Origin: Pseudolabrys sp.
GTDB lineage: Bacteria; Pseudomonadota; Alphaproteobacteria; Rhizobiales; Xanthobacteraceae
Assembly (NCBI GenBank): GCA_009694265.1
Contig: SHVM01000001.1
Span: 29,229-93,228, forward strand
Length of the DNA: 64,000 bases
Direction: 5' to 3'
A model generated the notes under the pieces. The model saw only the letters and a list, made by a program, of their open reading frames with translations, did no database searches and was not told the DNA's origin. Shown here one piece after another: positions 1-9,844 of this stretch; the first letter of the stretch is position 1; every line of letters begins with the position of its first letter. Made by a program: the position numbers and the translations under genes.

Positions 1-834
1 GAGCACCAGGTCGGTGGCGGTGACGCCTTCCTTGAGTTTGCCGGCGAGCTTGAAGCCGATCACTTCGGGCAACGTCATCGACAACGGCTGGCCGAGCATA
101 GCGGCTTCCGCCTCGATGCCGCCGACACCCCAGCCAAGCACCGACAGGCCATTGACCATCGTTGTGTGCGAGTCGGTGCCGACCAGCGTGTCGGGATAGG
201 CGACTTCCATGGTGGCGGCCTTGCCGTCGACCTTCACTTTGTCTTTGCGGGTCCAGACCACGCGCGACAAATATTCGAGATTGACCTGGTGGCAGATGCC
301 GGTGCCGGGCGGCACCACGCTGAAATTGTCGAACGAGCGCTGCGCCCATTTCAGAAATTTGTAGCGCTCCTGGTTCTGCCGGTATTCCTCGTCGACGTTC
401 TTTTTGAACGCGCCATTATTGCCGAAGAATGTCACCGCCACGGAGTGATCGATAACAAGATCGACCGGCACCAGCGGGTTGATCTTCTTGGGGTCGCCGC
501 CGAGTGACTTCATGGCGTCGCGCATGGCCGCGAGATCGACCACCGCCGGCACACCGGTGAAATCCTGCATCAGCACGCGCGCCGGGCGGAATGCGAACTC
601 GCGCTCCGACGTCTTGGTCTTGAGCCATTCGGCAATCGCCTTGATGTCGTCCTTGGTCACCGTGCGCCCGTCTTCGTTGCGCAGCAGATTTTCCAGCAGA
701 ACTTTCATCGAGAACGGCAGCCGCGAAATGCCTTTGAGGCCGTTTCTTTCGGCGGTCGGAAGACTGAAATAGGCGTAGGCCTTGCTACCAACCTGCAGGG
801 TCTTGCAGCATCTGAAACTGTCGAGGGAAGTCAT
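1..834 (-). CDS. acnA: Aconitate hydratase AcnA, N-terminal part (runs off the window edge)
   Basis: Manual translation from ATG at 834: [25 protein letters not shown]...[18 protein letters not shown]...[26 protein letters not shown]. Absent from the ORF track because there is no stop in the window. Confidence 0.96.
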   Translation of the reverse strand, partial: MTSLDSFRCCKTLQVGSKAYAYFSLPTAERNGLKGISRLPFSMKVLLENLLRNEDGRTVTKDDIKAIAEWLKTKTSEREFAFRPARVLMQDFTGVPAVVDLAAMRDAMKSLGGDPKKINPLVPVDLVIDHSVAVTFFGNNGAFKKNVDEEYRQNQERYKFLKWAQRSFDNFSVVPPGTGICHQVNLEYLSRVVWTRKDKVKVDGKAATMEVAYPDTLVGTDSHTTMVNGLSVLGWGVGGIEAEAAMLGQPLSMTLPEVIGFKLAGKLKEGVTATDLVL

Positions 835-1089
835 GTCGGCTGTTTCCATTCCCGGCCCGGGACATCGGCGGTGGTTTTGGCTAAGCTATTAGCAAGACAA
901 GGTTTTTATCGCTGGGCGAGACTTGGCGCCGAATTCCATTAACGTAGCGCGGCAGGTGCGGGCTTATAAAGTCTTTTCGCGGCCTACGCCATATTTACCG
1001 GGAACTTTGCAAAAGATGGGCAGAAAATCGGGGTTTTCCGCAACCGACATTGCTGACCAGCGTCCAGCGGGAAGGCTTCGGCACGCCTG

Positions 1090-1689
1090 ATGCAGCTCAC
1101 TGCCGAAAATCTGGCCTGCAGCCGGGGCGGGCGCGAAGTGTTTGCAGGCGTGAATTTCAGCATGCCGGGCGGGGAAGCCCTGGTGGTGACCGGACGCAAC
1201 GGCGCCGGCAAATCCTCGCTGCTGCGCATGCTCGCCGGGCTCATCAGCATATCCGCCGGGCGGCTGGCCCTCACCGGAGCTGAGAATGACGCCACGCTCG
1301 CCGAGCAGTCGCATTATCTGGGACACCAGGATGCAGTGAAGCCGTCGCTTTCAGTTAGTGAAAACCTGCGATTTTGGGCTGAGTTTCTTGGGGGCCGAGA
1401 CGCGATCGGAGCGGCGCTGGAGGCGGTCGACCTGGTCCCGCTTGCCGACCTGCCGGCCGCCTATCTATCGGCCGGGCAAAGGCGGCGGCTGTCGATTGCC
1501 CGCCTGGTCGCCGTGCAGCGGCCGGTTTGGCTGCTCGACGAGCCGACCTCCGCGCTCGATGTGCCCTCGCAAAAGCGACTGGCGGAGTTGATGCGCGGCC
1601 ACCTTGTTGGTGGCGGCATGATCGTCGCCGCGGCACATGGGCCGATTGGGCTCGAACGCGCGCGCGAACTCAAGCTGGGGCCAGCATGA
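1090..1689 (+). CDS. ccmA: Heme export ABC ATPase CcmA
   Basis: Walker [17 protein letters not shown] signature, LLDEP; first gene of the ccm cluster. Confidence 0.95.
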   Translation: MQLTAENLACSRGGREVFAGVNFSMPGGEALVVTGRNGAGKSSLLRMLAGLISISAGRLALTGAENDATLAEQSHYLGHQDAVKPSLSVSENLRFWAEFLGGRDAIGAALEAVDLVPLADLPAAYLSAGQRRRLSIARLVAVQRPVWLLDEPTSALDVPSQKRLAELMRGHLVGGGMIVAAAHGPIGLERARELKLGPA

Positions 1690-2354
1690 GCGCATTCACC
1701 GCACTGCTTGCCCGCGACATGCGCATCGCCATCCGCGTCGGCGGCGGCGCGCTGATGGGCGCGCTGTTCTTCCTGATCGTGGTGACCATGATGCCGTTTG
1801 CGATCGGTCCCGATTTGGCGCTGCTGGCGCGCATCGGTCCGGCAATCCTGTGGCTCGGCGCGCTGCTGGCGAGCCTGCTCGCGCTCGACCGGCTTTTTGC
1901 GACAGATCATGACGACGGGTCGCTGGATCTGCTGATGATGGGCCGCATGCCGCTCGAACTGGCGATCGCCGCAAAAGGAATCGCGCATTGGCTGACCACT
2001 GGACTGCCGCTGGTGCTGATTACGCCGGTGCTCGGCCTGATGCTCAATGTCGAGCTCGGCGCCATGGGCTGGGTGTCGCTGACCTTGCTCGCTGGCACGC
2101 CCGCGCTCACCTTCATCGGGCTGATCGGTGCCGCATTGTCGGTGGCGCTGCGGCGCGGCGGCCTGCTGCTGGCCGTATTGGTGCTGCCGCTGACTATCCC
2201 CGTGCTGATTTTCGGGGTCGCCGCGGCCAATGCGGCCATCGTCGGGCCCGCGCCGTTCGGCCCCCCTTTCACCATTCTTTGTGCGTTATCCTTGGCCAGC
2301 TTTGTGCTGGGCCCGATCGCCGCCGCCGCCGCCCTGCGTCATGGACTGGAGTGA
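1686..2354 (+). CDS. ccmB: Heme exporter permease CcmB
   Basis: ATGA overlap with ccmA; hydrophobic; motifs [10 protein letters not shown] and [13 protein letters not shown]. Confidence 0.95.
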   Translation: MSAFTALLARDMRIAIRVGGGALMGALFFLIVVTMMPFAIGPDLALLARIGPAILWLGALLASLLALDRLFATDHDDGSLDLLMMGRMPLELAIAAKGIAHWLTTGLPLVLITPVLGLMLNVELGAMGWVSLTLLAGTPALTFIGLIGAALSVALRRGGLLLAVLVLPLTIPVLIFGVAAANAAIVGPAPFGPPFTILCALSLASFVLGPIAAAAALRHGLE

Positions 2355-2381
2355 TAGTGCGCACATGATAAGAGAACGCCG

Positions 2382-3107
2382 ATGGCTGTGATCGATCTCG
2401 CCAACCCGACGCGCTTTTTAGCGGTCGTCAATCGCGTGCTGCCGTGGCTCATGGCGGCGACTATTCTCGCGTTCGCCTTCGGTCTCGCCCGCGTCATGTA
2501 CGCGCCCGATGACTATCAGCAGGGCGCCACCGTGAAGATCATGTTCCTGCACGTGCCGGCAGCCTGGCTCGGCATGATGGGCTGGGGCGTGATGACGGTC
2601 GCCGCGCTCGGCACGCTGGTGTGGCGCCATCCGCTGGCCGATGTCGCCGGCAAGGCGGCCGCTCCCATCGGCGCCGCGTTCACATTCATATGCCTCGTCA
2701 CCGGCTCGCTCTGGGGCCGCCCGATGTGGGGCACCTATTGGGTCTGGGACGCGCGGCTCACCTCGGTGCTGGTGCTGTTCTTGCTCTATCTCGGCGTGCT
2801 GGCGCTGTATTGGACGGCGGAGGATCCCGGCCGCGGCTCGCGCGCGGCGGCGATCCTCGCTCTGGTCGGCGCGGTCAATATTCCGATCATCAAATTCTCC
2901 GTGGAGTGGTGGAACACGCTGCATCAGCCGGCGTCCATCATCCGCTCCGGCGGCTCGGCCATCGATCCGTCCATCCTGATGCCGCTGCTGATCATGGCCG
3001 GCGCGTTCACGCTGCTGTTCTTCACGCTGCATCTTGCCGCCATGCGCAACGAAATTCTGCGCCGGCGCGTGCGCAGCATGCGGCTGATGCAGGCGTCACG
3101 CGCATGA
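2382..3107 (+). CDS. ccmC: Heme exporter CcmC
   Basis: WWD motif WGRPMWGTYWVWDARLTS, flanking His residues (LHVP, TLHQP). Confidence 0.96.
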   Translation: MAVIDLANPTRFLAVVNRVLPWLMAATILAFAFGLARVMYAPDDYQQGATVKIMFLHVPAAWLGMMGWGVMTVAALGTLVWRHPLADVAGKAAAPIGAAFTFICLVTGSLWGRPMWGTYWVWDARLTSVLVLFLLYLGVLALYWTAEDPGRGSRAAAILALVGAVNIPIIKFSVEWWNTLHQPASIIRSGGSAIDPSILMPLLIMAGAFTLLFFTLHLAAMRNEILRRRVRSMRLMQASRA

Positions 3108-3283
3108 TTTTGGGTCCGCATGTCGATTTTATCGTCGCCGCCTATGCGGTGACCGTGTTCGTGGTCGTGGCGCTGATGGCCTGGGTCATCCTCGATTATT
3201 TGGCGCAGCGGCGCATTCTCGGCGATCTTGAGGAACGCGGCGTGACGCGGCATTCCGGGCGGGCGGGTAAGGTCGAACGATGA
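3104..3283 (+). CDS. ccmD: Heme exporter protein CcmD
   Basis: 59-aa single-TM ORF MILGPHVDFIVAAY..., ATGA overlaps on both sides, canonical position. Confidence 0.9.
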   Translation: MILGPHVDFIVAAYAVTVFVVVALMAWVILDYLAQRRILGDLEERGVTRHSGRAGKVER

Positions 3284-3870
3284 GCGAAGTCTCGCCCGGC
3301 AACCCCGGCAGCAAGCGTTTGAATTTTTTTGTGCTGCTGCCGCTGGTGGCCTTTCTCGGTCTGGCCGCTTTGTTCTTCGTGCGGCTCGGCGCCGACGATG
3401 CTTCGCGCCTGCCGTCGGCGCTGATCGGCCATCCGACGCCAAAAACCGACCTGCCGCCGCTAGCGGGGATCGAACGCGACGGCAAGGCAGTACCCGGCTT
3501 GAACAATGCGACGTTCGAGGGCGCGGTGACGCTGGTGAATGTCTGGGCCTCGTGGTGCGTGCCCTGCCGCGACGAGGTGCCATATCTGGAGCAATTGTCG
3601 AAGGACAAGCGCATCCAGCTCGTCGGCATCAATTACAAAGACTCGAGCGACAATGCGCGGCGATTCCTCAACCGCTATGGCAATCCGTTCGTGGCATCAG
3701 GCGTCGACAATAACGGCCGTACGTCGATCGATTGGGGCGTCTATGGCGTGCCGGAGAATTTCCTGATCGGGCGCGACGGCCGCATCGTCTACAAGCTGGT
3801 CGGTCCAATCACCGCCGAAAATCTCGTCAAAGTGCTCAAGCCGGAAATCGAGAAGGCGCTGGCAAAGTAG
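3280..3870 (+). CDS. ccmG: Periplasmic thiol:disulfide oxidoreductase CcmG/DsbE
   Basis: N-terminal TM anchor, WASWCVPC, GVYGVPE. Confidence 0.94.
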   Translation: MSEVSPGNPGSKRLNFFVLLPLVAFLGLAALFFVRLGADDASRLPSALIGHPTPKTDLPPLAGIERDGKAVPGLNNATFEGAVTLVNVWASWCVPCRDEVPYLEQLSKDKRIQLVGINYKDSSDNARRFLNRYGNPFVASGVDNNGRTSIDWGVYGVPENFLIGRDGRIVYKLVGPITAENLVKVLKPEIEKALAK

Positions 3871-3878
3871 AATCGGCA

Positions 3879-4439
3879 CTATTTCTTTTCCGCGCTGTAT
3901 TTCACCAGCAGCGGATATTGCAGGGCGCCGAATACAAGCGTCAACGGCACTACGCCGAACAATTTGAAGCTGACCCAGAAGTCGGTGGTCTGGGTACGCC
4001 AGACGATTTCATTGATGACGGCCAGAAAAAGAAAAAACAGTGCCCAGCGCCAGGTCAGTTTGCGCCAGCCTTCCGCGGTGAGATGAAACATCTGGTCGAA
4101 CATGATGCTCAGAAACGGCTTGTCGAGCGCGAGGCCGACCAGCAGCGTGCCACCAAACAGAACATAGATGATGGTCGGCTTGAGCTTGATGAACAACTCG
4201 TCGTGCAGGACCAGCGTGAGCCCGCCGAACACCAGCACGATGACGGCGGTGACGATCGGCATCACCGCGATGTGCCGCGTCATCGTGTAGGACACGGCGA
4301 GCGCGATCAGTACGGCGACCATGAAACTGCCGGTGGCGGCATAAATCCCGAACTTCGAATTGGCGGCGAAGAACAGAACCAGCGGCCCGATATCGAGCAC
4401 CAGCTTGAGCATGGGATTGAGTTGTTTCTTTTCGGTCAT
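3879..4439 (-). CDS. yciB: Inner membrane protein YciB/IspZ (septation protein A)
   Basis: FIKLKPTIIY and WVSFKLFG motifs; downstream of ftsY as usual in alphaproteobacteria. Confidence 0.9.
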   Translation of the reverse strand: MTEKKQLNPMLKLVLDIGPLVLFFAANSKFGIYAATGSFMVAVLIALAVSYTMTRHIAVMPIVTAVIVLVFGGLTLVLHDELFIKLKPTIIYVLFGGTLLVGLALDKPFLSIMFDQMFHLTAEGWRKLTWRWALFFLFLAVINEIVWRTQTTDFWVSFKLFGVVPLTLVFGALQYPLLVKYSAEKK

Positions 4440-4453
4440 GGCTTTTCTTTGCT

Positions 4454-5386
4454 TCAGGAATCCAGCCCAACTATGGCACGCGAGAAATCGCGCGCGGTGA
4501 AGGCGGCAAGATCGTCGACGCTCTCGCCGACGCCGATGAAATGCACCGGCAAGCCAAACTTGGCGGCGATCGCCACCAGAATGCCGCCGCGCGCCGTGCC
4601 GTCGAGCTTGGTCATCACCAGTCCGGTCACGCCCGCGATCTTGCCGAATATTTCGACCTGGCTGAGCGCGTTCTGGCCCACGGTGGCATCGAGCACCAGC
4701 AGCACGGCGTGCGGCGCCGCCGGATCGACCTTGCGCATCACGCGCACCATTTTTTCTAGTTCACTCATCAGTTCGGCGCGGTTCTGCAAGCGGCCGGCTG
4801 TGTCGACCAGAACGACATCGACGCTTTGCGTCTTGGCCGCGCCAAGCGCGTCGAACACCAGTCCCGCAGCGTCGGCGCCCGGCGCGCTTGCCATCACGAT
4901 CGCACCGGTGCGTTTGCCCCAGATTTTCAGTTGATCGATGGCCGCGGCGCGAAAGGTGTCGCCCGCCACCATCATCACGGACTTACCCTCGGCGCGGAAT
5001 TTGGCGGCGAGCTTGCCGATGGTGGTGGTCTTGCCGGAGCCGTTGACGCCGGCGACCAAGACGACGAACGGCTTGGCTGTGATTTCAAGCGGCTTGGCGA
5101 CGCCCGCCAGCACCTTCTCGATTTCGCCGGCCAGCACGGCCTTCACATCATCGGGCGCAATGCCTTTTTCAAAGCGGCCATCGCCGAGCACCGCGGCAAT
5201 GCGGCCGGCGGTCTCCGGCCCCAGATCGGCACGGATCAATTCGCCCTCCAATGCCTCCACGGCTGCGGCGTCGAGCTTACGCTTGCTCACCAGGTCGGCA
5301 ATCGCGCCGCCGAGCGAGGACGACGTGCGCTTGAGCCCGCCGCTCAGGCGTTTCCACCAGCTTCCGCTCTCGATGCTGTCGTTCAT
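4454..5386 (-). CDS. ftsY: SRP receptor FtsY (short NG form)
   Basis: Start MNDSIESGSWWKRLSGGLKRTS; GVNGSGKTTT, DTFRAAA, DTAGR, TKLDG. Confidence 0.95.
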   Translation of the reverse strand: MNDSIESGSWWKRLSGGLKRTSSSLGGAIADLVSKRKLDAAAVEALEGELIRADLGPETAGRIAAVLGDGRFEKGIAPDDVKAVLAGEIEKVLAGVAKPLEITAKPFVVLVAGVNGSGKTTTIGKLAAKFRAEGKSVMMVAGDTFRAAAIDQLKIWGKRTGAIVMASAPGADAAGLVFDALGAAKTQSVDVVLVDTAGRLQNRAELMSELEKMVRVMRKVDPAAPHAVLLVLDATVGQNALSQVEIFGKIAGVTGLVMTKLDGTARGGILVAIAAKFGLPVHFIGVGESVDDLAAFTARDFSRAIVGLDS

Positions 5387-5441
5387 CCCGCGCCCGTGAT
5401 AGCCGTTTCGGCATGACACCGGAAGCCAAGAAACCTTTTTG

Positions 5442-5527
5442 GTCATTCTGGGACACCGCGAAGCGGTGGACCCGGAATCCAGGTCTGGATTCCGGGTTCG
5501 CTCACTTCGTTCGCGCCCCGGAATGAC
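5442..5527. repeat. REP-like palindromic intergenic element (GTCATT...AATGAC termini)
   Basis: Terminal GTCATTC/GAATGAC inverted ends; perfect internal 12-bp stem CCCGGAATCCAG-gt-CTGGATTCCGGG (5471-5496). Confidence 0.8.
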
Positions 5528-5536
5528 GAGCATATT

Positions 5537-6238
5537 ATGACCCCCGACGACATGCTCGCCCGCCTGCTCTATCGCGACGGGCTCATGCTGGTGATCGACA
5601 AGCCGGCCGGCCTTGCGGTGCATCGCGGGCCGAAAGGCGGCGCGAGCCTGGAAGACCATTTCGACGTGCTGCGCTTCGGCCTGCCGCGCGCGCCTGCGCT
5701 GGCGCACCGTCTTGACCGCGATACCTCCGGCTGCCTGGTGCTCGGCCGCCACCGCAAGGCGCTGGCGCTGCTCGGTAAGCTGTTCAAGCAGGGCAAGATC
5801 GGCAAAACCTATTGGGCGGTTGTCGAGGGCAGCCCGGATGTGGACGAAGGCCGCATCGAAATTGCGCTCGGCAAGCTCGACGAGGATCGCGGCTGGTGGA
5901 TGAAGCCCGACCCGCACGGCCAGCCGGCATCGACCACGTGGAAGGTGATGGGACGTGGGCCAGGCCTCACCTGGCTGGCGCTCGAGCCGCTGACCGGGAG
6001 AACCCATCAGCTTCGCGTGCATTGCGCCGAGATGGGCTGGCCGGTTTTGGGCGACAACATCTACGGCCGTGCGCCGCGCAACGGAGGACCGCCGCTGCAT
6101 TTGCATTCGCGTGAGATCGTAGTGCCGATTTCCAAGAACAAGCCGCCGGTCGTCATCACCGCACCCGTGCCGGCGCATATGCACGAGATGTTGAGTGCCT
6201 GCGGCTGGACCGGCGAGCCTAATAAAGCTGTGCCTTGA
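5537..6238 (+). CDS. RluA-family pseudouridine synthase
   Basis: IDKPAG, HRLDRDTSG (catalytic Asp), TGRTHQLRVH, LHLHS. Confidence 0.92.
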   Translation: MTPDDMLARLLYRDGLMLVIDKPAGLAVHRGPKGGASLEDHFDVLRFGLPRAPALAHRLDRDTSGCLVLGRHRKALALLGKLFKQGKIGKTYWAVVEGSPDVDEGRIEIALGKLDEDRGWWMKPDPHGQPASTTWKVMGRGPGLTWLALEPLTGRTHQLRVHCAEMGWPVLGDNIYGRAPRNGGPPLHLHSREIVVPISKNKPPVVITAPVPAHMHEMLSACGWTGEPNKAVP

Positions 6239-6842
6239 TCTTCTCCGGCGCCTCGCGGTCGTATTTTTCACCGCCGAGCTTGCCGTGGCTCAACTCCGCG
6301 ATGATGGTGCCGGTGCTGGGCAAAGACTTGCGGTCGACCTGGGTGGCCGGATCCCACAGTTTCGAACGCACGATCGCCTTCGAGCAGTGGAAATAGATGC
6401 TCTCGATGTGGACGATGAGCACGCAGCGCGGCAGCTTGCCGTTGACCGCGAAGCTTTGCATCAGCTCCGGATTAATCGAGATCGAGGCGCGGCCATTCAC
6501 GCGCAAGGTTTCGCCAATGCCGGGAATGAGAAACAGAAGCGCAATACGCGGATCGCGCACAATGTTGCGAAAGCCGTCGAGGCGGTTGTTGCCCGGCCGG
6601 TCGGGGATCGCCAGCGTCTTGTCGTCGAGAACGTGCACGAAGCCGGGCGCGTCGCCTTTCGGCGAGCAATCGAGGCCTTCCGGGCCGCTCGTCGCCACCG
6701 TCACGAAGGGGGCCTTCTCGATCAGCTTGCGATAGCTGTCGTTAATGTGATCGATTTCCTTGACGATCGAGTTCGGATTCTTCTCGCCATAGAGCGTTTC
6801 AAGCTGCTCGATGGTCGTCACCAGATGATCGTTCGTGCCCAT
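6219..6842 (-). CDS. Pyridoxamine 5'-phosphate oxidase-like FMN-binding protein
   Basis: DCSPKGDAPGFV, PDRPGNNRLD, ETLRVNGRA, YFHCSKA family motifs. Confidence 0.85.
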   Translation of the reverse strand: MGTNDHLVTTIEQLETLYGEKNPNSIVKEIDHINDSYRKLIEKAPFVTVATSGPEGLDCSPKGDAPGFVHVLDDKTLAIPDRPGNNRLDGFRNIVRDPRIALLFLIPGIGETLRVNGRASISINPELMQSFAVNGKLPRCVLIVHIESIYFHCSKAIVRSKLWDPATQVDRKSLPSTGTIIAELSHGKLGGEKYDREAPEKIKAQLY

Positions 6843-6854
6843 GTTTCGTACCCC

Positions 6855-8090
6855 TCAGGCCGCTATCAATTGCCGGCCGTCATGCCCAGCCATCGTAAGT
6901 TCGAGAAGTCTACCGGGCTCGACCGGCGCCGCAAGCCGCACCGCGGTGAACTGCTCGGTGCGGCCTATGCCGCCGCGTTCGGTCAGCACCTTGAGCCGGC
7001 TGCCGACTTGCACCTCAAGATGACGCCCTAACGCCGCCTCGCCTTTGACGCGCAGACGTTGCGCGCGCTCCTTGACGATAGCGCGATCGAGCTGCGGCAT
7101 GCGCGCGGCCGGCGTACCGGGCCGTGGTGAAAACGGAAAGACGTGCAATTGGGTGAGCCCGCATTCGTCGACCAGATCGAGCGAGCGCGCAAACATAGCT
7201 TCGGTCTCGGTCGGAAAGCCGGCGATGATATCGGCGCCGAACACCACATCCGGCCGTAGCCGGCGGACTTGTTCACAAAACGCAATGGCCTCGTCGCGCG
7301 AATGCCGCCGCTTCATACGCTTGAGAATAAGATCGTCGCCGGCCTGCAACGACAGATGCAGATGCGGCATCAGCCGGGGCTCATTTGCCAGCGCATCAAG
7401 CAATGCGTCGTCGGCTTCCACCGAGTCGATCGACGACAGGCGCAGGCGTACAATTTCGGGGATATCCGTGAGTAGGTGTTTCACCAGTGCGCCCAACCGC
7501 GGCGTGCCCGGCAAATCCGCGCCGTAACCGGTGATGTCGACGCCGGTGAGCACGATCTCGCGGTAGCCGTTGCCGCAAAGCCGTCGCGCCTGCGCCAGTG
7601 CCTCATCCATCGGCAGCGAGCGCGAATTGCCGCGGCCGAACGGGATAATGCAGAAGGTGCAGCGGTGATCGCAGCCGTTCTGTACTTGCACAAAAGCGCG
7701 GGTGTGGCCTTCGATATGATCGACGGCGCGCATCGCGTGGCGCGTCACCGCCATGATGTCGCCGACGGCGACTCGCGGACTGGTGGCAGCCCACGACCGT
7801 GCATCGAGCTTTTCTTCATTACCGAGCACGCGATCAACCTCGGGCATTGCCACGAAGGTCTCCGGCGCGGTCTGCGCCGCGCAGCCGGTGACTATGATGC
7901 GCGCGTCGGGGCGTTCGCGCTTGATGCGGCGGATGGTCTGGCGCGCCTGGCGCACCGCTTCCGACGTGACCGCGCAAGTGTTCACCACCACGGCATCGTT
8001 AATGCCGGCGGCGCTGGCCTCGCGGCGAATCACTTCCGACTCGGTAGTATTGAGCCGGCAGCCGAAAGTGACGATGTCCAGACTCATCAC
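6855..8090 (-). CDS. mtaB: tRNA t6A methylthiotransferase MtaB
   Basis: TFGCRLN, NTCAVT, radical [11 protein letters not shown]; dapF-mtaB synteny. Confidence 0.92.
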   Translation of the reverse strand: MMSLDIVTFGCRLNTTESEVIRREASAAGINDAVVVNTCAVTSEAVRQARQTIRRIKRERPDARIIVTGCAAQTAPETFVAMPEVDRVLGNEEKLDARSWAATSPRVAVGDIMAVTRHAMRAVDHIEGHTRAFVQVQNGCDHRCTFCIIPFGRGNSRSLPMDEALAQARRLCGNGYREIVLTGVDITGYGADLPGTPRLGALVKHLLTDIPEIVRLRLSSIDSVEADDALLDALANEPRLMPHLHLSLQAGDDLILKRMKRRHSRDEAIAFCEQVRRLRPDVVFGADIIAGFPTETEAMFARSLDLVDECGLTQLHVFPFSPRPGTPAARMPQLDRAIVKERAQRLRVKGEAALGRHLEVQVGSRLKVLTERGGIGRTEQFTAVRLAAPVEPGRLLELTMAGHDGRQLIAA

Positions 8091-8959
8091 GCGCCTGCTT
8101 TGGCAAACAGCGCCGGGGCGAACTTGCCCTTGAATTCGAATGCGACCTTTCCGGTCATCAGCACGTGATCGTCACGCTCGCGCCAATCGATGGTCAGGTC
8201 GCCGCCCGGCAGCGTTACCTTCACCTTGCGATTGGTGCGCTTGAGCCGCGCGGCGGCGACCGCGGCAGCGCAAGCCGCCGAGCCGCAGGCCTTGGTCAAA
8301 CCCGCGCCACGCTCCCAGGTACGGATGACAATGTGGTCACGCGACTTGATGTTGGCGAGCGTGATGTTGGCGCGTTCGGGGAAAATCGGATGATTTTCCA
8401 GCAGCGGACCGAACTTTTGAAGCTCGTAGACGTCCACATCCTCGACCCAGAAGATCGCATGGGGATTGCCCATATTCACCACGGCGGGCGAATGCAGCAC
8501 CGGCTTGTCGATCGGCCCGATCTGCAATTCGATGGCGCGGGTATCGCGGAATTCCTCGCTAAGCGGAATCTCGTTCCACTTGAAGCGCGGCGGGCCCATA
8601 TCGACGGTGAACAGCCCGTCGGTGCCTTTCCAGCAATTGAGAATGCCGGCCGTGGTCTCGAAAGTGAGCGTGTTCTTGCCGGTCTCGTCCGAGACCAGCG
8701 ACGCCACGCAGCGCATGCCATTGCCGCAGGCGCCGGCTTCCGAACCGTCATTATTGTAGATGCGGATGAAGGCGTCGGTACCGGGCGTGCGCGGCGGATA
8801 AAGCGCCATCAACTGATCGTAGGGCGCACCATCGGGCGCCGCCGCCGCACGCACCTCATCGGCAGTGATTTTGGCCGCAGCGTTGCGCAGATCGACCACA
8901 ACGATTTCGTTGCCGATGCCGTTCATCTTCACGAAGGACTGGTTGGCAAGCGCGGGCAA
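8087..8959 (-). CDS. dapF: Diaminopimelate epimerase
   Basis: [33 protein letters not shown]; TTG start with an AGGAG SD. Confidence 0.96.
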   Translation of the reverse strand: MPALANQSFVKMNGIGNEIVVVDLRNAAAKITADEVRAAAAPDGAPYDQLMALYPPRTPGTDAFIRIYNNDGSEAGACGNGMRCVASLVSDETGKNTLTFETTAGILNCWKGTDGLFTVDMGPPRFKWNEIPLSEEFRDTRAIELQIGPIDKPVLHSPAVVNMGNPHAIFWVEDVDVYELQKFGPLLENHPIFPERANITLANIKSRDHIVIRTWERGAGLTKACGSAACAAAVAAARLKRTNRKVKVTLPGGDLTIDWRERDDHVLMTGKVAFEFKGKFAPALFAKAGA

Positions 8960-9071
8960 ATTTTACTCCTTGGCCCGGTTTATATGGCGAATAAACGACG
9001 ATTGGCCAGAGGCCATGATAAAATCAGCTACGGGCGAATCGCCGAATCGCCGCAAAAGACGGAGAATCGTG

Positions 9072-9683
9072 ATGCCCCGCACACGCCTTGCGGCGCTGAT
9101 TACCGTTGTGCTGGCTCTCGCCAGCGGCGCGCTCATGGCAGAAGCTTTGGCGCAAAATGCGAGCCCGCCAGCCAATCCCCAGCGGATGCCGTCGGCCTCG
9201 CCGTCGCCGTTGCGGCCGGGCGACGCCTTCGGCGAGCCCGTGACGCTGCCAGAGCGCACGATCATCTACCTCAAAGGCCACACCCATTGGGATGCCGCCT
9301 TCGACACGCTGGTCGACGCCTTCAAGTCGTTGAACGAATATCTCGATAAGCAGGACATCAAGCCGAATGGCCCGGCAATGACCATCTATACCCAGACCGA
9401 TGACAAGGGTTTTTCGTTTGACGCCGCGATGCCGGTCGCAGCCGCGCCGGCCAATCCGCCCAAGGGCGATATCGCCGTCGGCCAGGCGCCGTCCGGCAAG
9501 GCGTTCAAATTCGTCCACCGCGGCACTTACGATGCGATGGATTCGACCTATGAAGCGATCACCAATTTTCTCGACGACAAAGGCCTCGAGGCCAAGGATC
9601 TGTTCATCGAGGAATATGCCACCGATCCGGTGAAGACCGACCCGGACAAGATGGTGATCAATGTATTCGTGCCGGTGAAATAG
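9072..9683 (+). CDS. Exported GyrI-like small-molecule-binding protein
   Basis: Signal peptide followed by a GyrI-like pattern (FVHRGTYDAMDSTYEAI, FIEEYATDP). Confidence 0.75.
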   Translation: MPRTRLAALITVVLALASGALMAEALAQNASPPANPQRMPSASPSPLRPGDAFGEPVTLPERTIIYLKGHTHWDAAFDTLVDAFKSLNEYLDKQDIKPNGPAMTIYTQTDDKGFSFDAAMPVAAAPANPPKGDIAVGQAPSGKAFKFVHRGTYDAMDSTYEAITNFLDDKGLEAKDLFIEEYATDPVKTDPDKMVINVFVPVK

Positions 9684-9699
9684 GCCTTTTTTGGTTACC

Positions 9700-9728
9700 T
9701 TGACTTGAACACAGCCCAACCCTAGGTT
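9700..9728 (+). promoter_or_regulatory. Putative sigma70 promoter of the ffh operon
   Basis: TTGACT-N17-TAGGTT, about 115 nt upstream of the ffh ATG. Confidence 0.5.
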
Positions 9729-9795
9729 CCGCCCGCTCACGTAAGCGACGTGGAAGTCTAGCTTCGCCGCCCGGTCCTCAGAGACCGGAGGCCCC

Positions 9796-9835
9796 CGCCC
9801 GACAGCGCAATGCGCCCTCGGACGCAAATGGTGTT
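9796..9835 (+). ncRNA. Alphaproteobacterial ffh leader RNA motif (candidate)
   Basis: CCCGACAGCGCAATGCGCCCTCGGACGCA hairpin directly before ffh; resembles the ffh leader as recalled, not searched. Confidence 0.45.
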
Positions 9836-9844
9836 TGAAGACTT

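Noticed and set aside
1090-3870. ccm cluster lacking ccmE/F/H
   Set aside because: A split arrangement (cycHJKL elsewhere) is normal in Rhizobiales.
4454-6271. 605-aa ORF suggesting FtsY with a 295-aa N-terminal extension
   Set aside because: The extension is the antisense of the rluA-like gene plus the palindromic element; FtsY homology begins at Met 5386.
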